Shown: piece by piece, positions 54,271 through 64,000 of the stretch
Layout: each line of letters begins with the position of its first letter
Numbering within the stretch: the stretch's first letter is position 1
Source: Trichoplax sp. H2
Taxonomy: Eukaryota
Reading direction: 5' to 3'
Assembly (NCBI GenBank): GCA_003344405.1
Contig: NOWV01000013.1
Coordinates: forward strand, 620,001-684,000
DNA length: 64,000 bases
Program-made: the position numbers and the translations under genes
Notes under the pieces: model-generated
The model's database searches: none
Told to the model about the DNA's origin: nothing
The model's input: the letters and a program-made list of their open reading frames with translations, nothing else

Positions 54271-55187
54271 CTATGAAGATGGAAGGCGGCGAAGAAGCGC
54301 CATGGTACACCGGTACAGTGTCAGGTCTAGACTAGCGCCCTATGACTACAATGTACAGTGTACAGTACGGGGTATCGCGCTGTACTGTACACTGTACTGT
54401 ACACGCTTCTCCTATGAAGATGGAAGGAGGCGAAGAAGCGCCATGGTGCACCGGTACAGTGTCAGGTCTACTGTACTGTATGTAGACTAGCGCCCTATGA
54501 CTACAATGTACAGTGTACAGTACGGGGTATCGCGCTGTACTGTACACGCTTCTCCTATGAAGATGGAAGGAGGCGAAGAAGCGCCATGGTACAGTACAGT
54601 ACAGTGTCAGGTCTACAGTAGACTAGCGCCCTACAGTATGACTACAGTGTACAGTGTACAGTACGGGGTATCGCACTGTACTGTACACTGTACACGCTTC
54701 TCCTAGGAAGATGGAAGGAGGCGAAGAAGCGCCATGGTACAGTACAGTGTAGCACTGTCAGGTCTAGACTAGTGCCCTATGACTACAGTGTACAGTGTAC
54801 AGTACGGGGTATCGCACTGTACTGTACACTGTACACGCTTCTCCTAGGAAGATGGAAGGAGGCGAAGAAGAAGCATGGTACAGTGTCAGGTCTAGACTAG
54901 CGCCCTACTGTATGACTACAGTGTACAGTGTACAGTACGGGGTGTCGCGCTGTACTGTACACTGTACACGCTTCTCCTATGAAGATGGAATATGACTACA
55001 GTGTACAGTGTACAGTACGGGGTATCGCTCTCTACAGTACTGTACTGTACTGTATAAAGATGGAAGGAGGCGAAGAAGAGCCATGGTACAGTGTAGCGCT
55101 GTCAGGTCTACTGTAGACTAGCGCCCTATGACTACAGTGTACAGTGTACAGTACAGGGTATCACGGCCTACTGGACACTGTACACGC
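54271..55187. repeat. Tandem array, ~7 copies of a ~130-148 bp unit, between divergent NUP205 and E2F7/8
   Basis: The unit CTA(T/G)GAAGATGGAAGGAGGCGAAGAAGCGCCATGG..TCAGGTCTA..GACTAGCGCCCTA..CGGGGTATCGC..ACACGCTTCTC starts at about 54271, 54412, 54555, 54703, 54844, 54977 (internally deleted) and 55057. Confidence 0.95.
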
Positions 55188-55210
55188 TGCATCCATTCAT
55201 CAAGGCTTGT

Positions 55211-55269
55211 GATTGGCTGCAATTTAAATCATTCACGCCTGCGCTGTATCCACCGTCTTTTCGCGCGAA
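55211..55269 (+). promoter_or_regulatory. Putative cell-cycle promoter core for E2F7/8: CCAAT box, CHR-like TTTAAA, E2F site
   Basis: ATTGG at 55212-55216, TTTAAA at 55223-55228, CGCCTGCGC at 55236-55244, TTTTCGCGCGAA at 55258-55269. Confidence 0.55.
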
Positions 55270-56103
55270 TTCTCAAAAAACCAGTCAAGCGCCAACGGAG
55301 CTTGACTGGTTTTGATGATGCATAATAATACACAAACTAGACTGAAGGCAGTCTCGACTTGTTACTATCCATGTACTCAGTCATGAGTGCATAGGACAGT
55401 GGAATCGGTGTTTTCAAGCCAGCTTTCCTGCATTTCACCACCATCACACAGCTCGACTTCCCTCCATTTACCAACAGCTTCCACTTGCACCATAGTAATC
55501 CACTACAATTGGGGGGCCTCACTCGGCTTTCCATATTAACTATAGAGCGAGTGGTCAAGTTAATACTGAGTTTGCATTGAGCTGCAGGCGTGGATTTCCT
55601 TCATCGCGGATTAGGGATTGCCAGATTAATCCACTCTAAATCAATCTATAGGTTCCTTTTTCTTCTCTTTCCAGTGGATCAATGCTATTGCTACAGCTTG
55701 ACTTATTGGTAATTGAGTAGAGAACGCAAACTTCATCCACTGAAACGACAGAATCATCGTGCTGACCAAAGTTGAGTTGTATCGCGCCAAGAATCCATCC
55801 ATCGCCAGTAGGCGATCCAATTGATATCAACATCCATCAACGCTCGCTTTTACAACACAATATGATACTATCAATTGCCATTGGATATTAGAGTTTGCAT
55901 TCTCTCTCTCTCTCTCTGTCAATTGGTCGACTACAAGCGGAATTAGAGATCCTTTTTCCTCCATTAACTTTGCACATCCAGCTGAGTCGACAACATCGCC
56001 GTCGATAGACTGTACTGTAGTAGGCGAGATTAGGCTAGCATTGATTGTCTAAACAACATTATTCAGCTCCAATTGGAAATCGTCTTCTACTTGCTAAAGC
56101 GCA

Positions 56104-59100
56104 ATGTATACCAATAATCCAGTACAAGATCCTATCCCGATGCCATTGGCACAGGATAGCAATTTATCTTATCGTTTCACCAACACCACCATGGCATCGT
56201 GTAGTATCGATGCTATCAACAAATGCTCTTCACCAACGCCAATCAGCACATCGTTACAAGAAATCCCGCCAACCACACCGGAAAAAAGTATTCGTCGTGC
56301 TGAGGATATTACTGTACCATTGACGCCAACTGCCAATTTGAAAATGTTGGCATCTGCTGTCAGCCCAGTTTTGAGAAATCGTGAAGAAAGAAAGCGTCTT
56401 TTCACTGAATTGCAAACTTCTAGTAGTAATTGTTCAGAATCAGGAGATTCAACAACAGAAGCAAAATCAACCACTTGTTTTAATAGAAAGGAAAAATCGC
56501 TAGGCTTGCTATGTCAGAGGTAGGGTATTGGCAAGGATCGATAACCTTTTCAAAATTGCATCTTGCTTACATTTATAAAATGGGGTCAATCCAATGATTC
56601 AACCATACTTTTCCTCTCCTTTCATCCTTCAACAGTAAATTAGAAATTAACTTTGTGTTCCTGTAGAAGACGACATTCCCAACCTACTGTACAGTTTTCC
56701 ATCATAATCACCATTGTAAAAAACTTCCATTTCCAATACCATTTCATACACACCCTCAATCCTAAGAATTCTTCGCCAATGTTGCTATCCACTCTTTCAT
56801 TACATTACAATATTGCTAAAATTGCCAGTGTCCATGAATACTCATGCAGTAATGGATTCAAATTGACACACAAATAGGCCAAATTCTATGCGGACCGTAC
56901 AATAATAGAAAAAATACCTAGTCATACAGTACTCAACACAAGCATGACTGTTCTTCTACGTTAATTTGATTCTTAGAGAGAATGACTTTTTGCACCCGTA
57001 GATGTAGTACTGCAAATGTATTCACACAAATGCCATGAAATTGATTTGGACTATTCTTTCCATCTAGGCTACAAATGATCGTCATACTACACTTTTTATT
57101 CGTGATATACTGTACGTATAGCAATGGTACGTTTTTTTCATAATACAAACATCAAGTAGCTAGTAAAAAGAATGTCAAGATATCGCCAAGTCGTTGATTT
57201 TCTACTTACGATGTTGCAATCAATAGTGGCGTTCGAGGTATAAAGGAAAGCATTGCAGTGTAATGCTCGCCTCAATTTACTTTCAATGCATATTATCCAA
57301 TATACAATACTGTAGGTAGTTGCACATGATACTACATAAAATGATAGAAGACGTATTTGCAACTCAAAGCGAAAGGCATATCTTCCATCCTAGACTTCCT
57401 TTCATACTACACCTGCAGTATACAACAGTATATCGATGATTACGCAGCACTATAAAAAAGTAATCAATTAATCAGATGGATCTGTCTAATGCATTGCGAC
57501 TTAGCCGATACAAAATAAAGAGGATACTATTAATAAAACTCCTGTAAAGGATATTACACATCATACCTGTCTGCTTTCTAAACAATGATTTGCTATTTCT
57601 AGGTTTTTAGCACGTTATCCCGAAAATTCAGTTCCAGGACAAGAAATTGAAATTTGTTTAGATCATGTAGCGAAGGAGCTCCGTAAGTCTTTATAATGTA
57701 ATAAAATAGTCAAGAAAAATAACAACATATAAATAAAATTGGTCTCAATTTTTTAAAATTACACTGGCTGGGTATTTATAAATTTGAATTTTCCTGATAT
57801 AGAGGTGGAACGGCGAAGAATCTATGATATTGTCAATGTACTGGAAAGTGTAGAAATCGTCAGTCGATTAGGAAAGAATACCTATGTTTGGCATGGAAAA
57901 AGGAAAATTGCATCCAATTTAGCCAAATTAAGGGTAAAGATTTACGATACTGTACAAGACCTCAATCATAATATCACAATAGTACCGCTAACAATGATAT
58001 TCTTATAAAAATGATTAGTCTTTGCTTTTTGATCACTGTCACACTTGGTGTAGATGTATTTATACTTTATTAGTATTTTAAGTATGACCAATAAATGCCG
58101 TTATGCCCTTATTATTATCATCATCCATTATAATCATACCTTTGTGAATTATTCTAGGCGCATTTGAAACCTGCAACGCAAGGATTGCAAAACATAGATT
58201 TTAGTAACATCAGTTTTAGGCAGGAAATGAATGTAAGCTATTGAGAAAGTATTTCAAAGAGCATTTTGAATCTATAAACGTACATCTGTTTGATATAGCT
58301 TAATATCTATTTCTTATATTTTAGCTTTCAAAGAAACTTTCTCCAATGGAAGCTAAAAAAGATTCTTCCAGTGCTAGAAAAGGTACTGATACAACGTTCA
58401 CACTTATGCCTTATATTGTTGACATGTTGTATTTGGAATTCATCATTGCTTCTTAATCCATCATAACTGACCTAAAGAATAAAAGATAATCTGTTTTTCG
58501 CTTTGATTGATACGTAGAAAACGCCCGTAAAGATAAATCGTTGGGGATGCTAAGTCAAAAATTTATCATGATGTTTATGGCTTCCGCGGTAATTGCCAAT
58601 ATACGAAATAGGATATCGTTGAGTAATTATTTTCGGCCTTTAATGACAAATTGTGTCATTTTTTCGGAAACAGACGGAGATAGTCACCTTAGATGAAGCA
58701 GCACAGGTCCTAATCGGGAAGCAGCCAGCCGAGAAGGACTCGTCTAAATTTAAAAGTAAATTGTTGTTCTTTAATAACATGATAACGCTGGGTAATAATG
58801 TATGTTTAGCTTGGTCAAGTCATGATAGTTAATTCTCTTGTGCTATGTTCATAGCTAAAGTGAGAAGACTGTATGACATAGCCAACATTTTATCAAGTCT
58901 TCGGATGATTGAAAAGACTCATGTAACTGAATGCACAAAGGGAAAGAAACCGGCGTTTAAATGGATAGGACTTAATTTCAGTACGCTTCCAGGTATGGTT
59001 ACCGTTAATGATTTTACTTTACAGTGTCAATTATCAGTTGCAAGCTTTCTCATCCAGTAGGTAGTGCTCTTTGTACTAAGAAATTTTATTAAAAGTACAA

Positions 59101-60853
59101 TTCATTGAAGTAGTTTACTTTATAGTATTCTGATGAATAAGCAAGATCGGTTACTTCTTTCAGACACCGAGAAGCCATATAACGCAATGAATAGCCCAGA
59201 ACGCGCTGCCGTACAGTCATTAAGATATTTATCTGCAAGGAATGCAAGATCTGATGTCATTGTATCGACAAAATCTGTTCTACTGCCGCGTACTAATATC
59301 ATGGATTGTCCGAAAAAGCATGAAAAGCCCACAACGCCCAATTTGCTAGACAGTAGTAGAATTAGCAATCGCGAGGATGATACCGAAAACAACCCTGAAA
59401 GGTCTTATATAACAAATCTTAATAGGGAAAACTCAAGCAAGAGAATAAAACTAGGTATGGATGGAGCTGTAAGGCAATATGCTACTAGTGACTACATAGA
59501 TGTCAATCTTTGCAGTATATATTGTGTGGTGGAGGTTTGTAGATTAATGCCTTTCGTCTTTAACAGTAACCTAACATTGCATTCTAAAATTTTTATCATT
59601 TTCTTTCTTTAATATCATAAGATCCAAGTAATTACCGCGGCAGTCCTCGAAAAAGAACGCAATTCGGCTTTGAAGGTTATTCAATAAAATAGTAATATAA
59701 CAGTGCAGCTTTTATTTATATGCTACAGTGTATTAGCCAGGATTTGCGTAGAAAATTACGATAAAGATATAATTGATCATAATTATTGTAATTAATGATA
59801 TAATACAGTCTACATATATTTGTGCTATAAACCTAAGTATTGGTTTCATATATACGCGTCTACTGCATTTTATATTCACAAAGACAATTAACTTTCAATG
59901 CATTCGCATGTTATTAGATTTGACTAACACTCAATCCGCAGTTTCTCCGAATACAACTTGGTATACTACTGCAACTCAAACTTATCCTACTGTGGCTCTG
60001 GCACCAGCAACAGATTTACTGATGACAAATGTTCCTACCCAACAACGAACTGATGTAGATCTACAGAATGGTAAGTTTGATATTGATGTGGTACACTTAC
60101 AGTATATGTAATGGGTTTAAATTGACAATACAATTTATCTTCTCTGAAACTAGTGTCGAATAAAAGTTGGACAAGCAGTAACAATAATAATAGTGGTAGA
60201 AATAGTTCAAGTCCTACGACAAGTTGGGATAAGATGACAGGAAACAGTAATACTGATAATAACTATTATGTGCTCTTTGTATTGTGTGCCTCTTTAGTTA
60301 ACGTATAGGATTAAATTAAATTGTTTTAAAATTACTTTTAGGAAGAGAATCTAGCAATCTGCAAGCCTTACCAACTACAAAAGTTGCAACAAGGCTTTCT
60401 CCTTGGCGTTTAGCTCCAGTGGTTACCGTAGGATCGCATTGCTGTTTTATTATTAGCGAGCCAACCGCTACTGCTGCAACGTCAGGTACACCTATTACTG
60501 CTATCCCGCAACAAATCTTGGTAACCGATTCTGAAGTTGTGAAAGCCATGTCCAATCGTGGTATAACTACTTCTGCTAGAATAGTCAATCCTCAATTAAC
60601 GAATAATCCCATGCTACCCGTCCACATTACGACAATGGATAGTGGCTTAGCGGCATCTCTGCAGCCGAATTATTATAACTCCATACAGCAAACAATTAGT
60701 AGTAATAATAGCTCTTCATTGCAAGTCGGTAGTCGTTTTGAAAGCCCTCAACATCACAGAAATAAACAAGCAGATGGTGCATCTCCTACTATTAGCGATT
60801 GCAATGATAGCTCTAGAAACAGGGGTTGTAACAATGGTGAAAGAAAACAGTAA
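56104..60853 (+). CDS. E2F7/8: Atypical E2F transcription factor with two DNA-binding domains (E2F7/E2F8 family)
   Basis: [20 protein letters not shown]1 [31 protein letters not shown]2 [37 protein letters not shown]. Exon structure of the low-complexity C-terminus is less certain; stop at 60851-60853. Confidence 0.93.
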
Positions 60854-62242
60854 TATTATTATGAGAGATACCTGCTATATTAGTTTTATTCTATGATTAT
60901 AACTAGTGTTTGACTTGGACTGAAAATGAACTTAATAATATCTCTACTACGTAGCCTGGATGGAGTTATTTTCGCTCGCTATTTTGATGGTGATGATAGA
61001 ATTATGAGGATATTTTTTGGCAACAATTCACTTCCACGTAAAACTGTTTACAATGCACACTTTACCCTTGAAACTATATAAGATCTAGAGCTAATATTTT
61101 TTATAGTTGAAAATTTTTCTATCGATTTTCTGATGGATGTCCTCACGCTTATAATACAGTACTTTTGATTTTTATAACATTTTTGGAATAATTCTATTTA
61201 CATCCTGCTAATGAAAGCGGAACTCTAATGTATGATAACTTGAAACATAATAAATGTATGAGCTTACATATGTGTACGGCTTGGGATATTTCGTTGTAGA
61301 TTACTCTCCTTTAACCTTTAACAAGAAAAATAAAGGATGGGATGATGAATAGTACATTACCTGCGTGTTTACGTCAACGCGGCGTTATTTCGATCTTGAA
61401 CTCTTGTCGATTATAATAATTATTATACGCGTATTATTGCCTAATTTTGGGTCCATAGATTGTTTGTAATGTACAGTAGTCTGTTCAAGGTCGCGTTTTA
61501 TTTTTCATGTTAATTCAACCCTAAGAGAAAATTAGGATGAGAGCGGTCTAGCGGCCTTGGTGAATTAGTACGACGTATCATTATTGGATGGAAAGCAGGG
61601 TTAGTAGTCCTTGATTCTTCCATAAAATTTATCCGTTTAGGAAGCTTGTGAAAACAGATCCAGCTTTCTATTCCAGACCACCTAGACTATTATACTTTGG
61701 TAATAAGCTAGTTGGATGCAGTAGTGTAAAGTTAGGCCCTAAACTCGCAAGATCTCTATACGCGAAAATCGACCTGCAGTAAGTAAACAAATAAATCAAA
61801 GCGCAAACTTGATGTAATGGGCGTGCTCAGTTTCGGTCCGATGATTTTGGTAGGTGGTGCTGTTGGCTTCTAGAAGTGACATGATTTTTGCTACTGGATA
61901 TCATAATCGATCAACTCAGTCACTCATTGCTAGACTGCACCAATAATATGGTAGTGTCTTTTCTCGTCTTTAACTTAGCATGATGAGCAAAATTGATGTC
62001 ATCATTGTGGTTTCAAGACTACAGTACCGCACTGTCGTTTTGGTTAATGTCTCCAAAAATAAAATAAATGATCATGTACAAATCAAAAGGATGTACACTT
62101 GTACAGTACTGTAGAATGTATTTGTCATATTTTGGAGATATTTAGACGGCCAGAAGCACCGTTCATGATTCCATGTTTATTCCTTTTTAGAGTCAGGCAA
62201 GTACAGAAATCCTCAGTCTAATTGTTCAATTTTAGCAACTTG

Positions 62243-63067
62243 GCAAAATTGATGTTTTGGCCATAGTCTAGTTGTGACCATGCAGTACTAGAGAATGGAA
62301 AAAATATTGTTGCTCAAATGCTCAATACACCTACTGTACTGTGCTAGGCTGAAACTGGAGTACTGTATAGTAAGCTGTAGTTCTAAGTCCATATTGCATA
62401 AATTACTTCTACTAATTTATGCAAAATGGCTAGTCTCCGATCATGAACTTGGAGACACTACAGTTTGGTGCCTGGCACCTTACTGCTTTAATAATGCACA
62501 CAGCCATTCTGTAGACTACAGTACTAAAGAAGGTCTTGCAAAATTGATGTCTTGGCCATAGTTTCGTTGTGACCATGCAGTACTAGAGAATGGAAAAAAT
62601 ATCAGCAATATTTTTAAAAAATATTGCTGCTCAAATGCTCAATACACCTACTGTACTGTGCTAAGATGGCTAGTCTCCGATCATGAACTTGGAGACACTA
62701 CAGTTTGGTGCCTGGCACCTTACTGCTTTAATAATGCACACAGCCATTCTGTAGACTACAGTACTAAAGAAGGTCTTGCAAAATTGATGTCTTGGCCATA
62801 GTTTCGTTATGACCATGCAGTACTAGAGAATGGAAAAAATATTGTTGCTCAAATGCTCAATACACCTACTGTACTGTGCTAGGCTGAAACTGGAGTATAG
62901 TAAGCTGTAGTTCTAAGTCCATATTGCATAAATTACTTCTACTAATTTATCCAAAATGGCTAGTCTCCGATCATGAACTTGGAGACACTACAGTTTGGTG
63001 CCTGGCACCTTACTGCTTTAATAATGCACACAGCCATTCTGTAGACTACAGTACTAAAGAAGGTCTT
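62243..63067. repeat. 3-copy tandem repeat (~295, 240, 290 bp) rich in short palindromes
   Basis: Units begin GCAAAATTGATG at 62243, 62538 and 62778. The middle copy has an internal deletion and a small insertion. Confidence 0.95.
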
Positions 63068-63224
63068 TGATAACTTGATTTGAATTGATTTCTTACTCGA
63101 TCATCCAAGTGTATCATATTATCAGTTCGACGCTTACGGTAGTGCACCAGTTAGCAGCCATTAATAATATTTATAGACAAGAGTTATCGAGGTGGAAAGT
63201 AGTTGAGATAGATCGAATCGGGAC

Positions 63225-63470
63225 ATGATGGATGCTGCTAACCAAGATATATCAAGCGAGAACCTGGCCACAGCTATAGCGAATACATCACTAGCTGTAA
63301 GCGATCAAGTGACAGGCCAAGAAGTTGGTAACGATGATAGGTCAGCTATACATGGATATGACATAACGGAAAAACTTTGCATCAATAGTAGGACAGCTCC
63401 ATTTATGCCAATCAATTCTAGAACCATCAAGGGATCCGTTATGAACTGTACTATTGCAATCCTCTATTGA
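63225..63470 (+). CDS. Possible first coding exon of an unidentified gene
   Basis: ORF MMDAANQDISSENLATAIANTSLAVSDQVTGQEV has protein-like composition, a possible donor (G|GTAACG near 63328) and lies just downstream of a tandem array. No recognisable domain. Confidence 0.3.
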   Translation: MMDAANQDISSENLATAIANTSLAVSDQVTGQEVGNDDRSAIHGYDITEKLCINSRTAPFMPINSRTIKGSVMNCTIAILY

Positions 63471-64000
63471 TTAATTATCGTTACTACGTCAGTCAGACTA
63501 TTACCGTAGAATGTTACTCATAAACAAATATTCAAGGCTATACCACATTTCTACTGTCAATCGATTTAGTACTATGTCATGAACGCTATCGAGCCTGCTC
63601 ATTTCAATTGATCGCTGAAGGAGATGGACTAGATATCACTGCCATACGCTTCTACAGTAGTAGTAAAAGCTACCTACTTACTTACGGAATCATATATCAT
63701 ACACTCCATAACTTTCAAAATCATACACAATTATTCAAGAAAATGATGGCTTCAAATCGGAATGGTCATAAAAATGAACTTGATACAGTAGTGTTAATGA
63801 ATACTGTAATATTGGTTATCAATGTAATCATTATCTATCTAAGCGATCGAATAGTATATCTCAATTTTAATAACTCCAGGCTGTAACTGTATCATAATAT
63901 TGTTCTAATGCTATTAGTACGATCTTCATTTGCGGTTTAAATTTGATTATTTACAGTTCTACCACTGCCTTATTCTTTACTGGATCCATCCTAGATAGCC

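Noticed and set aside
54271-55187. CRISPR-like repeat/spacer appearance
   Set aside because: The variable parts are homologous sequence with short indels, not unique spacers. The context is eukaryotic and no cas genes are present.
1-64000. Autonomous transposase, tRNA or rRNA genes
   Set aside because: No DDE transposase-like ORF, long TIR pair or recognisable structural RNA was seen by eye.

Overview
AT-rich, intron-dense eukaryotic (animal) genomic DNA. The compact introns and single-copy-like metazoan genes suggest an early-branching animal such as a placozoan; this is inference only. Genes in order: 5' end of V-ATPase subunit E (-), ARID2/BAF200 (-), a secreted NTF2-fold/DUF4440-like gene (-), a centrin-like EF-hand gene (+), UTP20 (+), NUP205 (-, with a candidate U12-type intron), an atypical E2F7/8 (+), and a possible first exon at about 63.2 kb. 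Several unrelated tandem arrays sit next to gene 5' ends. The most striking unexplained signal is that promoter-proximal DNA is saturated with TA-CAG-TA / TA-CTG-TA (also TA-CAGTG-TA, TA-CACTG-TA, TA-TG-TA). Aligning sister repeat copies shows the same TA site empty in some copies and carrying +CAGTA or +CTGTA in others. That matches the Tc1/mariner (Sleeping Beauty-type) excision footprint, here apparently iterated many times at promoters, with no element or transposase visible in the window.
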